Under the pieces are notes generated by a model, which saw nothing but the letters and a program-made list of their open reading frames with translations, ran no database searches and was not told the origin of the DNA. The translations under genes were made by a program, and so were the position numbers. Below, piece after piece: positions 49,304-58,634 of a DNA stretch of 64,000 nt; positions within the stretch are counted from its first letter, which is position 1; each line of letters starts with the position of its first letter. Source of the stretch: an uncultured delta proteobacterium (lineage in GTDB: Bacteria > Desulfobacterota > BSN033 > UBA1163); the NCBI GenBank assembly GCA_963708295.1, contig CAVPSJ010000014.1, positions 288,001 through 352,000 on the forward strand. The letters are read 5' to 3'.

Positions 49304-50407
49304 TTACTTCGTCTGACCGATGACGCCTTCAACGAGCCAGTCCATTTTCCCCAGGGCTGCGATGGGAAATGCCTCGCCGGCCTTCACCCGCTCAACGCCT
49401 TTGTTATCCTTGATCGGACCCTGGAAAACATTCAGCTTGCCGTTGATAAATTCTTGTTTTTTTGTGTTGACCAGCTTTATTGCATCAGACGGGACGGCGG
49501 GGCCGAAGGGTGCGATGGTGAGATAATCACTCGCAAGGTTGCCTAAGAGGGCCTCGCTTTTCCAAGTCCCCTCCATGACCTGTTTGGCAAACCGGGTGTA
49601 GAGTTCACCCCAGGTAAAGGCAACGCCGCTGATCCAGCCCTTGGGAGCGAACTTTTGTACGCCGATGTAATGGTAGCCTACGGAGAAGGCCCCGCGCTTT
49701 TCAGCAGCCTGCACCACCGTAATCGGAGAGTCTACAATGACACCAAGGACATCCACGCCTTGATCCAAGAGGGCGTTTGCAGCGGTCGCTTCCTTTCCAG
49801 GATCCAGGAAGGTTCCGGTAAAGACCACGCGTGTTTCCGCTTTCGGATTGACGGACTGCACTCCAAGGTGAAAGGCGTTCACGTTCGCCAGGAAAAAGCT
49901 GATGGGAAGGGCGACCACATAGCCCAGCTTATTTGTCTTGGTGGTTTTGCCCGCCGCAATACCCATCAGATAAAAGGCCTCCGGAGTGCTTGCCCAGTAA
50001 GTGCCCAGGTTCGGGGCGAGCTTGTATCCCCCGGGGTGCACAAACTTGACGTCCGGGTATTTTTTAGCCACTCTCAAGGCCGGATCCAGATAGCCAAAGC
50101 TTGCGGGGATGATGAGCTGGGCTCCTTGCCTGATCATGTTCTCCATCACGCGCTCAGCATCGGCGCCTTCCGGGACATTCTCGACTTCGATCAGCTCGAC
50201 GTTCGGAAGATTTTTCTTCATGACCTGCACACCCTCGGCATGGGCCTGGTTGTAACCGGCGTCTGCGATGGAGCCAATATGCAGGATGCCTACCTTCAAT
50301 TTTGGCTGTGCAGAGGGTGTTCCTGTAAGGCTCAGTACGATGGCCACGACAAGGCCGGTTAAAAGAACCAGAAACGCAACTCCATTGTTTGATCTCTTCT
50401 TGTTCAT
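49304..50407 (-). CDS. BMP family (purine/nucleoside) ABC substrate-binding protein
   Basis: G.I.D.GYNQAH..G, ENVPEG.DAERV, SFGY, YL.G..AG..TKTNKLG, NAF.LG, W.VEGV.G. Confidence 0.9.
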   Translation of the reverse strand: MNKKRSNNGVAFLVLLTGLVVAIVLSLTGTPSAQPKLKVGILHIGSIADAGYNQAHAEGVQVMKKNLPNVELIEVENVPEGADAERVMENMIRQGAQLIIPASFGYLDPALRVAKKYPDVKFVHPGGYKLAPNLGTYWASTPEAFYLMGIAAGKTTKTNKLGYVVALPISFFLANVNAFHLGVQSVNPKAETRVVFTGTFLDPGKEATAANALLDQGVDVLGVIVDSPITVVQAAEKRGAFSVGYHYIGVQKFAPKGWISGVAFTWGELYTRFAKQVMEGTWKSEALLGNLASDYLTIAPFGPAVPSDAIKLVNTKKQEFINGKLNVFQGPIKDNKGVERVKAGEAFPIAALGKMDWLVEGVIGQTK

Positions 50408-50510
50408 TTTTTCCTCCTCTTTCTTAATGGCTGGATGTTCCAGCCCGTTTTTTGAAATTCTTAGTTAATATTCTTCGTTCTAAATTCACAGTTGGAAACA
50501 ATTTTGTGAT

Positions 50511-50836
50511 AAATCCTAAATTCAAAACTCTAAACTCTAAATAAACTCAAAACCCAAAACGGACTAAAATCCAAAACTTTCAAATCGAAATATTTGATGA
50601 TCTTGTAGAAAGTCGTCTCACCGGTGAAAACCGGTGTCCAGTGTTCTTAGAAGCTCCAAAATACTGGATGTGCTCGCTCGCTTCGCTCACTCCGCCTCCC
50701 TTCGGTCGCCCGGCTGGAGTTTACCCCGTACTTATTACGGGGCCGGAATGACGAATTAGGTTTTTGCGACATTTTACGACTGCATCAAATTTGGATTTTG
50801 GGTTTATTTAGGGTTTGTTGTTTAGAGTTTAGAATT
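50511..50836. repeat. Three-layer nested repeat element
   Basis: Outer AAATCCTAAATTCAAAACTCTAAACTCTAAA..TTTAGAGTTTAGAATT; middle TTTGATGATCTTGTAGAAAGTCG..CGACATTTTACGACTGCATCAAA (50593-50789); inner REP pair (CACCGGTGAAAACCGGTG..CCGGAATGAC). Confidence 0.65.
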
Positions 50837-50890
50837 CAAGTTCCCTTTTTATAGATGTTATATATAAATTTCCAGACTGAAACAAGTGAG

Positions 50891-51808
50891 TCATTCCGTC
50901 CCTCGGAAGATCTGGCCTAAACTGGCCGGCGCTGCATGCCGTCGTGCGCCGCCCCAGACCGCAAGAACTCCCAGGCTCAAAAGATACGGAAGCATGTCAA
51001 GCAAGAAGGGTGAGATGGGCACCCCCCTTGCCTGCATCTGAAGCTGCAGGGCAATCGCACCGCCGAAAAGTAATGCTCCGACGATCGCCCGGAGCGGATG
51101 CCACTTGGAGAAAATGACCAAAGCAACGGCAACAAACCCTCTGCCCGCTGTCATCCATTCGGCCCAAGTCTTTGCCACTGCCAATGAGAGATGCGCTCCT
51201 GCGATGCCGCCGAGGAGGCCGGCGATGAACAGTGCCTCATACTGCACTCTGTACGGATGCATCCCCGCGGCAAAGGCGGCCGTGGGTTTTTCTCCGACTG
51301 CCCGCAAGCTCAGTCCCCATCGCGTGTAGAAGAGTGCCCACCATACCAGAATGGCAATCGGGGTGACGAGGTAAACCAGTATATCATAATGGAAGAGGGC
51401 TGCACCAGCGACGGGAAGGTCTGAGAGGATTGGAATTCGGATCTCATTCAGACCTTTGATTTGGCTGCCGATGCAGGGGGCGCCCAGGAGGGCGCTGAGT
51501 CCCACTCCGCAGAACATCAACGCCAGTCCGCTCGCCAGCTGATTTGCCCTGCGCTCGATCACCAGGTATCCGAAGATCAGGTTGAAGAGAGCCCCTGCCA
51601 GAGCGGCTGCGAAGACACCGAGCGCGGGGTTGCCCGTCTTGACCGTTACGTTGAAGCCCACCACCGCTCCCATGAGCATCACACCCTCCAGGCCCAGGTT
51701 AATGATGCCCGCCCGCTCACCGATGACCTCCCCGAGGGTGGCATAGAGGAGTGGTGTTCCGGCGACAATCGACCCTGAGAGGAGACCTTGTAACGAAGAT
51801 CCTATCAT
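50891..51808 (-). CDS. Nucleoside-type ABC permease
   Basis: TPLLYATLGE...ERAG.INLGLEG.ML, LRAVGE.P..A, GRGFVAVALV, LPY; ATGA overlap with the upstream gene. Confidence 0.9.
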   Translation of the reverse strand: MIGSSLQGLLSGSIVAGTPLLYATLGEVIGERAGIINLGLEGVMLMGAVVGFNVTVKTGNPALGVFAAALAGALFNLIFGYLVIERRANQLASGLALMFCGVGLSALLGAPCIGSQIKGLNEIRIPILSDLPVAGAALFHYDILVYLVTPIAILVWWALFYTRWGLSLRAVGEKPTAAFAAGMHPYRVQYEALFIAGLLGGIAGAHLSLAVAKTWAEWMTAGRGFVAVALVIFSKWHPLRAIVGALLFGGAIALQLQMQARGVPISPFLLDMLPYLLSLGVLAVWGGARRHAAPASLGQIFRGTE

Positions 51809-52863
51809 TTGACTCCACCCTTTCCCCCCTGACGGGCAAGGACGACGAACAAGATGAGGGCGTTCAGAATGTTTACCGCCGAGCCTGGGAGCCCATGGGC
51901 CATCTGCAGAATGTCGCCGCCCGCCGTGACGATGGCAAGGAGAAAAGCCGCAGCCACGATGCCCAAAGGGTTTCCGCCGGCCATCCAGCTGATCAGGAAA
52001 CCGATGAATCCATAGCCCGGTGAGAGACTGGGTCGAAGACGGCCTTGGATTGCAGAGACCTCGATCATTCCGGCCAGCCCGGCGAGTCCGCCGCCGATAA
52101 ACATGAGCAGGATAACATAGCGGCTGATCGGAATTCCATTGCGCCGTGCCGCTTCTGGATTGCCGCCGATGGCTCGCATCTCGAGGCCCCACCGCGTCCT
52201 GGAGAGAGCAAAATAGAACAGGATAAGCACGGCAAGAGGAAAAACGAACCCCCCATGGACTCGCGTGGAGGCAAAAGAGGGCAGGGTGGCGGCATCGACA
52301 AACTGGGCCGTCTGCGGGTAATTTGCGCTTTCCAGGTCTTTCCAGGGGCCAAAGACAAAGAAATTTACGAGCAGGATGGCCACGTAGTTCAGCAACAGAG
52401 TAGAGATGGTCTCACTCACCCAACCCTTGGCGCGCAGGATGCCCGAAATAGATGCCCACAGTCCCCCTCCGAGAACTCCCAGAAGGGAAATGAAAGGTAA
52501 AAGAATCCATGCGGGTAGGGTGTTTAAGTTGAGGGCTCCCCAGGTGGCAAATAAAGCTCCGATATAGAGTTGACCTTCCCCCCCCACATTGATGAGCCAG
52601 ATTCTGGCCGGTACTGCCACAGCGACCGCTGTGAGCGTGAGAGGGATCATCTTCACCAGGATTTCAGAGAGACCGTAGGTGCTCCCGAGCGTACTCGAGA
52701 AAATATCCGCATAGGCTTTGATCGGGTTTTTGCCGAAGGCCAACAACAAAATGGCAAAGACTATGAAGGCAAGGGCAAAGAGTCCGAAGAACCGGATTGA
52801 GCTCGCCCACCCTGTGCTACGAAAACGGGGAACTTTGTTGGCCTGTTCAGCGGTGAGACCCAT
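51805..52863 (-). CDS. Nucleoside-type ABC permease
   Basis: NVGGEGQ, E.ISTLLLNY, G.E.RA.G.N..AA, GGLAGLAG, GYGF.G. Confidence 0.9.
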   Translation of the reverse strand: MGLTAEQANKVPRFRSTGWASSIRFFGLFALAFIVFAILLLAFGKNPIKAYADIFSSTLGSTYGLSEILVKMIPLTLTAVAVAVPARIWLINVGGEGQLYIGALFATWGALNLNTLPAWILLPFISLLGVLGGGLWASISGILRAKGWVSETISTLLLNYVAILLVNFFVFGPWKDLESANYPQTAQFVDAATLPSFASTRVHGGFVFPLAVLILFYFALSRTRWGLEMRAIGGNPEAARRNGIPISRYVILLMFIGGGLAGLAGMIEVSAIQGRLRPSLSPGYGFIGFLISWMAGGNPLGIVAAAFLLAIVTAGGDILQMAHGLPGSAVNILNALILFVVLARQGGKGGVK

Positions 52864-54397
52864 ATTCCCCCCTGGAACCCGTCATCAGATAACCCACGTC
52901 GTTGAGGGTGAGATCGTGCGGCGTGCCCGTGCCCGCAATCCGCCCGCGAAATACAACCACCAGACGATCGCTTAGGGCGAAAAGCTCTTCCAGATCTTCC
53001 GAAATCAGGAGCACGCCAGCTCCCTCGTTCCGTGATCTCCTGAACAATTCCCGCGCCGCGATCGCGCTCTGCACATCCAGACCCCGTGTCGGGTAGAAGG
53101 CGAGAATCAATCTGGGGTTCCGCGCCATCTCCTGTGCCAGGATCACACGCTGGAGGTTCCCTCCTGAGAGCGCTCCCACGGGTTTGTTCATGGAAGGGAT
53201 TTCAAAGCCCAGAAGCGTCAAGGACCGCTCGATGTCATCCCGAGCCAATTTCCAGTCCATCGAGAGGCCACCCTGGCGGGCATACCTGCGGATATTACTG
53301 AGCGCCATGTTCTCTTCCACGGTCAGACCTGCAACGGCAGCCATTCCCAGCGGATCTTCTGGGATGAAAGCCACGCCGCTCGATCGTATTCGAGCAACGG
53401 ACCAGTGGGTCGCATTTTGACCCCACAGATATTTGGCCCCCGTTTCACACCTTTGCAGTCCCAGGATCACGTCCCCAAGCTCTTTCTGGCCGTTCCCCGA
53501 AACGCCGGCAACACCGACGATTTCGCCCGGCAGGACGGTGAGATTGATTTCTTTGAGGCTTGTCGCTTGGTCCTCAACGGGCGTACTGACCTGCTTCAAT
53601 TGTAGGAGAGGCGGAAGATTCTCTTGGGAGGGTTCACGCGGGCTGCGCGGTGATTCAGAGATTCCTTTGCCGAACATCAAAGAGACCAGTCCGTCCTCCG
53701 TTGCCTCGGAACCCTTAAGCGTACCCGTGACCTGGCCGCGGCGCATGACCGTGATCCGATCCGCGCAAGCAAGAACCTCCTTCAGCTTGTGGGTGATAAA
53801 AACCACGGCAAATCCATCGCGCCGCAATTGGGCGAAGACTCGGAAAAGTCCTTCGACTTCGTGCGGGGCCAAGCTCCGGGTCGGCTCATCGAGGATGAGA
53901 ATCTGCGCATCTGCGAGCAGGAGCTTGAGAACTTCCACTTTCTGCTTCTCACCCACAGAGAGCCGCCAGACCAGGGCGGGAGGATCCACCTGAAGGTCGA
54001 ATCGTTTCGAAATCTCTTCGATTCGTCCGATCATCGCCCTCTTATTTAGAACGACGGGCAGGTTGGGCAAAAAGAGCGAAATGTTTTCAGTGACGGTCAT
54101 TGCGGGAATCAGGGTAAAATCCTGGAAGACCATGCCGATCCGCGATTGCTTGGCGTCGTGAGGCGACCGAATCTGCAGACGCTGGTCTCTCAGTCGGATC
54201 TCTCCCGAGTCCGCCCGGTAAAAGCCGTACAAGATCTTCATGAGGGTGCTCTTACCGGCTCCATTCTCCCCCAGCAGGGCATGAACCTCACCGCTGTAAA
54301 TCTCCAGATCGACATGATCATTGGCGATCACGCCCGGAAAAGATTTAGTAATGCCTCGCAAGGCAAGGAGGGGGGAAGATGGAGTTTTAGCAGGCAC
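52847..54397 (-). CDS. Nucleoside/sugar ABC ATPase (two ABC domains)
   Basis: FPGVIAND, GENGAGKSTL, LSVGEKQ, ILDEPT, THKL, GVSGNGQ, LSGGN.Q, PTRGLD. Confidence 0.93.
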   Translation of the reverse strand: MPAKTPSSPLLALRGITKSFPGVIANDHVDLEIYSGEVHALLGENGAGKSTLMKILYGFYRADSGEIRLRDQRLQIRSPHDAKQSRIGMVFQDFTLIPAMTVTENISLFLPNLPVVLNKRAMIGRIEEISKRFDLQVDPPALVWRLSVGEKQKVEVLKLLLADAQILILDEPTRSLAPHEVEGLFRVFAQLRRDGFAVVFITHKLKEVLACADRITVMRRGQVTGTLKGSEATEDGLVSLMFGKGISESPRSPREPSQENLPPLLQLKQVSTPVEDQATSLKEINLTVLPGEIVGVAGVSGNGQKELGDVILGLQRCETGAKYLWGQNATHWSVARIRSSGVAFIPEDPLGMAAVAGLTVEENMALSNIRRYARQGGLSMDWKLARDDIERSLTLLGFEIPSMNKPVGALSGGNLQRVILAQEMARNPRLILAFYPTRGLDVQSAIAARELFRRSRNEGAGVLLISEDLEELFALSDRLVVVFRGRIAGTGTPHDLTLNDVGYLMTGSRGEYGSHR

Positions 54398-54520
54398 AAA
54401 AAGTTTTTAGCACAAATTCCTTTTTTTGTGAATGGAAAAATTTCGGAAGGGAATTACCACGTTAAGAATGATGCCCCACTGCCGCTGCAGTCCCGCTATG
54501 GCGGGATTACAATATCAGGT

Positions 54521-54729
54521 TTACCGCAGAGGCGCGGAAGTCGTTGAGAAAGTTTTTTTCTGATCCAATTGGGAGACGGCAATTGGATCAGAAACTGCTA
54601 ACCTTCGAGCAAACGACCTGGACTCGTTGAAGGCCACGCGAGCGAGTGAGCGCCCGATCATAATAGAGTCACAGAACCCTTTTTGTTTGGCGGCCTCTCA
54701 CCGCTGCGGCCTTTGCGTCTCTGCGATGA
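54521..54729. repeat. Nested palindromic element
   Basis: CCGCAGAGGCGC..GCGTCTCTGCG ends enclose the hairpin TTTCTGATCCAATTG..CAATTGGATCAGAAA (54557-54594). Confidence 0.55.
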
Positions 54730-54760
54730 GAATCCTATTTTGGACAAGGGTGAACGGGGT

Positions 54761-55705
54761 TTACTTTGTGATCGTCGTTCCAGCCTCGCCTTTGAACGCA
54801 TTTAGAAGATTTTCAGGCGATGTGATGATCGCCTTTTCACCTCCGTTTTCGAGGAAATTTATGATGGCCTCGATTTTTGGCTTCATGGAGCCGGGCTTGA
54901 AATGACCTTCTTCCAGATATCGCTTTATCTCGGGGAGGAAGACACGACTCAGAGGCCGTTGGTCCTTCTGGCCAAAGTTGAGATAGACGGCATCTATTGC
55001 GGTAGAAATGATAAGCGTGTCCGCACCGAGGCCATTCGCCATGACAGCAGATCCCCAATCCTTGTCGATGACGGCCTCGACGCCTTCTATTTCACCCTGT
55101 TCATTCAGGATCACGGGGACGCCGCCTCCGCCCGCGGCTATAACAATGTATCCCTTTTGCACCAATAATTTGATGACGTCAAGTTCGATGATTTTCTTCG
55201 GTATCGGAGAAGGGACAACCCGCCTGTAACCCCGGCCCGCATCCTCTGCAACCTCCCAGCCGAAGCCCTTTTTGTTAGCGAGGGCTTCTTCTTCGGACAT
55301 AAACGACCCAATGGGTTTCGTGGGCCGTTCAAAGGATTTGTCTTTTCTGTCGACGATCGTTTGGGTCACGACGGCTGTCACTTTTTTATCAATTCCTCTT
55401 CTGTGAAACTCGTTTAACAGGGCCTTTTCGATCATATACCCGATGGCTCCCTGGGTGTCTGCCCCGCATATATCCAGCGGGATCAGAGGCAGTTCGTTCC
55501 GGGACAGCTCGCCTCTTCGGTATATAAATCCCACTTGCGGGCCATTGCCGTGGGTGATCACCAGGCGGACGCCTTCTGCAATCAGTTCGCCAATGTATTT
55601 TGCCGTTTCCTGGACCATTTCATATTGGAAAGACAAAGCGATGTGGTTCTTATCCTTGATAAGAGAATTCCCCCCCATCGCCAAAACAGCGAGATGAGAT
55701 CTCAT
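54761..55705 (-). CDS. arcC: Carbamate kinase
   Basis: AMGGNSL, THGNGPQVG, TQGAIGY, PTKPIG, RRVVPSP, GGGGVP, EAVIDKD, GSMKPK. Confidence 0.95.
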   Translation of the reverse strand: MRSHLAVLAMGGNSLIKDKNHIALSFQYEMVQETAKYIGELIAEGVRLVITHGNGPQVGFIYRRGELSRNELPLIPLDICGADTQGAIGYMIEKALLNEFHRRGIDKKVTAVVTQTIVDRKDKSFERPTKPIGSFMSEEEALANKKGFGWEVAEDAGRGYRRVVPSPIPKKIIELDVIKLLVQKGYIVIAAGGGGVPVILNEQGEIEGVEAVIDKDWGSAVMANGLGADTLIISTAIDAVYLNFGQKDQRPLSRVFLPEIKRYLEEGHFKPGSMKPKIEAIINFLENGGEKAIITSPENLLNAFKGEAGTTITK

Positions 55706-55957
55706 AGGCTAACCTCCTTCTCGTTCAAATCCTCTTCATGTCCCACAAGGTAACGTGATTCCATTCGGGTTACCGATCTATTGTAGTATACATCCTTTCA
55801 AGACTTTGTGGAAGTGAGTGTTTCTGAAGGTAGGAAGGAGATAGGGCGTGCGAATAACACCTACTTATCTGCAATCGAAGCAGGTTTTAGGAATCGAGGA
55901 TTTCCAGCAGAAATCATCGGGTGAAGTCGATATATTAAAATTAAATCCAAGCGTTCT

Positions 55958-56968
55958 TTAACGGATAATATTCACCGCTTCGGGTTTTACTGCTTTGAGT
56001 CCATCCAGATAAATATAGTCCGAGAAATCAGGTATTCTCCTTTCAGTAGTCAGTTTGTTCTTTATCATCCACCGCGCCTCGTCCTCCATTGCAACAATTA
56101 ACGACTGGTCGAGCGAGAGAGAAAATTGATACCCTGACCAAACTTCTGCCATATACTTGTCATCGAAATTCAGTTTCTTCTGCAGCACCGCCTTTGCTTT
56201 TTCAGGATTACGACTGACATATTGTTCGGCTTCGGACAGAGATTTCAGCAAACGCTTCACCAGTTCGGGATGATGGGTCACCCAATCTGGTTTACCCACC
56301 AGAGTGCCGTAAGCCGGTTGGTGACTGTGTGCCGGCCAGACAAACAACTTACTCCCCAGTTGCTGGATTACCAGGTGGAGGTATCTACTACTGGCTATGG
56401 CAGCGTCAATCTTCCCGCTACTCAGAGAGTCCCCGGCGTCCATCGGTTGAATGTCAACGAGGGTTACGTCCCTTAAATTCAGGCCGTTCAACATAAGCAG
56501 CCTACCAAGATAGAATTCCATAATGGTGCCCGGTTCAAATCCTATTTTTTTCCCCTTAAGGTCGGAAATATTCTCAATCCCCCGTTCTTTTAGTCCTACA
56601 ACAGCCACGGCCTCGGCCTTACTATAAGTTGTAACGATGCTGATGGCTGTTTTTTGTAATGCTTTCCCGACGGTAATAAACTCCGTTGAATAAGCCAGGT
56701 CTGCTTCCCCACCCAGCATACCATCGGTTGCAGCCAGTCCATTAACATAAGTTTTGAGGGTCACATTGAGACCATTATCCGTGAAATATTTCTGCTCGTC
56801 AGCAATAAATATGAGCGTGTCCCCCGCGTTGGCCCCTGTTCCAATGGTAATGAGTTCCACCTTCCGGAAACAGCTATTTGGCGCGCGAAGCCACAGAACA
56901 AAAGCCGCTCCCAAAACAACGATAACGGCTGCAAGGATTAATAAGATAAGCCTTTTATTGGTTTCCAT
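55958..56968 (-). CDS. NMT1/SsuA-like substrate-binding protein (orphan)
   Basis: N-terminal membrane anchor; IADEQ.YF..NGL.V, DLKGKKIG, LSLDQSLI.AMEDEARW. Confidence 0.82.
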   Translation of the reverse strand: METNKRLILLILAAVIVVLGAAFVLWLRAPNSCFRKVELITIGTGANAGDTLIFIADEQKYFTDNGLNVTLKTYVNGLAATDGMLGGEADLAYSTEFITVGKALQKTAISIVTTYSKAEAVAVVGLKERGIENISDLKGKKIGFEPGTIMEFYLGRLLMLNGLNLRDVTLVDIQPMDAGDSLSSGKIDAAIASSRYLHLVIQQLGSKLFVWPAHSHQPAYGTLVGKPDWVTHHPELVKRLLKSLSEAEQYVSRNPEKAKAVLQKKLNFDDKYMAEVWSGYQFSLSLDQSLIVAMEDEARWMIKNKLTTERRIPDFSDYIYLDGLKAVKPEAVNIIR

Positions 56969-57218
56969 GATTGGATGTGACTCACCATGACCCTTTATTG
57001 ATTTGCAGTTGAAATATACACCTTTTTCAAAAATTAGGGAATAGAAAGTTACAGGAAGAAGTCCTCGGACCACCGGTTGAGGACTCCAGCTTATGCAGAT
57101 AACGACTGAAATCAGTAGTGGCTGTAGGCCCGTGGACTCACATAGAATAGGAATCCATTGGGCAATCAGTGTCAGCGTAGGAGGTTAGGTGGAGATTCTC
57201 GCCCCTTCTCTTTATTTC

Positions 57219-57883
57219 CTACTCATACCACTTCGTAAACTCATCCGGCTTTTGCTTGAGGCTGCGGTAGGTATTTAATTTGGCCTTCTCGTCCGGGTAG
57301 CCCAGTGATATGCAGATAACCAGCTTTTTGCTCTCCGCTATACCGAGGAATTTTTTTATCTCCAGTGCGTAGTTGGTCACCGAGGCCTGCAGGCAGCTCT
57401 CCACACCAAGCGAGTGCGCCGCCAGAATCAGGTTCTGGGCAAACAGCCCCATGTCGAAGATCGACCACTCTCCCAGCGACCCGTCAATGAAGAGGAAGAC
57501 GGCGCACGGCGCGCCGTAGAACTCAAAGTTCATCAGGCGCAATTTTTCTCTTCCCTCCTCATCATCCCTCGCCACCCCGAGCGTGCTGAGCCTACGGGCG
57601 CCATGCTCCCTGGGAGCGCTCCTCCAGCGCCGACGGCCAGCCCTTGGGCATGGGCAGGTCGGGACTGGTCGGCGCCTTTGCCTTCGCCAGTTCCAGCAGT
57701 TTCCGACCCAGTTCATTCTTCTTTTTACCACTTACCACGACCACCTCCCAGGGCTGGGTGTTGGTATAGGAGGGGCTGTTGCTCGCCGCCTGTAATATCT
57801 TTTTCATCACATCTCTGGTGATGGGATTGGGCTTGAAAGCCGCGAATGCTCCGCCTCGTCTTGATACCTTCCAGGATTTCCAT
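57219..57883 (-). CDS. Nitroreductase family protein, two apparent frameshifts
   Basis: MEILEGIKTRRSIR.F, A...PS..NTQPW, FYGAP, D.G.F.QN..LAA...G..SC.Q, LGYPD; GGAGG RBS. Confidence 0.87.
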
Positions 57884-58024
57884 CGGTAATACCTCCAGTC
57901 AAATATTTTTAAAATCGCCAATCATTAAAAGATCAGCAAAGCCTAGCCTTTTTCAAAAGGTCGGAGATTATTGACCCGACGTAAGTCATCTTTAAGTGAT
58001 AAGAACTCGCTTTAGGATGAATGG

Positions 58025-58053
58025 AATATACTAAGAACGAAGTTGTATGTCAA
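58025..58053 (-). promoter_or_regulatory. Sigma70-type promoter upstream of the nitroreductase
   Basis: Minus strand TTGACA-N17-TATATT. Confidence 0.6.
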
Positions 58054-58271
58054 CGACAAAAGACCGTTTCAAATCAAGCATACTCTGTAAAATTATCTGG
58101 TTGCGGACTTAAGGAAGAACTCTTTCTTTTTCCAAACTCCCGCAGGTCTCGATGCCGATTTAGCGCGCTTCCACCTACTAATACTCTGGCCAAAGCTGTT
58201 AGAGAATTGATGATTTCCGATTGAAAGTGAGTGGGATGGTGAAGGAATGATTTGTCCTGAAAGATACTTAA

Positions 58272-58610
58272 TCAAACAGACACTGTTAAACCGATATGCA
58301 ACCCCCTGAGAACGCGTTCGGTGCTGGAAAGATCCCCAATCACTCTCTGCATCGGAAGAGGAAATGTTTTTACCAGAGTTGGGATAGCAACAATCTGACC
58401 TGCTTTTGCAAGCTGGGGATTCCTTAAAATATCAACTACGGTAATTCGGCATTTGTCATTTAGATGTTCCTGGCAGATCCTCGTGAGATTGGTAAAGGCC
58501 GCTATCGATTTTGCTGTCTTCCCTGCAACATAGAGTCGGAAATCGAATACTCCAGTCACCCTTCCTCCCCTTTTTGCCTTTTGCCGTGGTCTTCTCTTCC
58601 GCCCCTTCAT
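58272..58610 (-). CDS. kaiB: KaiB family protein (third copy, divergent)
   Basis: FRLYVAG.T.KS..A..NL..IC.EHL, V.DI..NPQLA, IVAIPTLVK..P.P..RVIGDLS. Confidence 0.88.
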   Translation of the reverse strand: MKGRKRRPRQKAKRGGRVTGVFDFRLYVAGKTAKSIAAFTNLTRICQEHLNDKCRITVVDILRNPQLAKAGQIVAIPTLVKTFPLPMQRVIGDLSSTERVLRGLHIGLTVSV

Positions 58611-58634
58611 TTGTGGTTGCCTTTAAGATTCCCC

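Noticed and set aside
55700-55760. GTTCAAATCC resembling a tRNA T-arm
   Set aside because: No cloverleaf; it is the complement of the carbamate kinase leader.
55706-55957. Possible purine or guanidine riboswitch upstream of carbamate kinase
   Set aside because: No recognisable conserved aptamer motifs by eye; an Rfam scan would be needed.
58093-58275. 60-aa ORF overlapping the last kaiB stop
   Set aside because: TTG start, no RBS, no recognisable domain.
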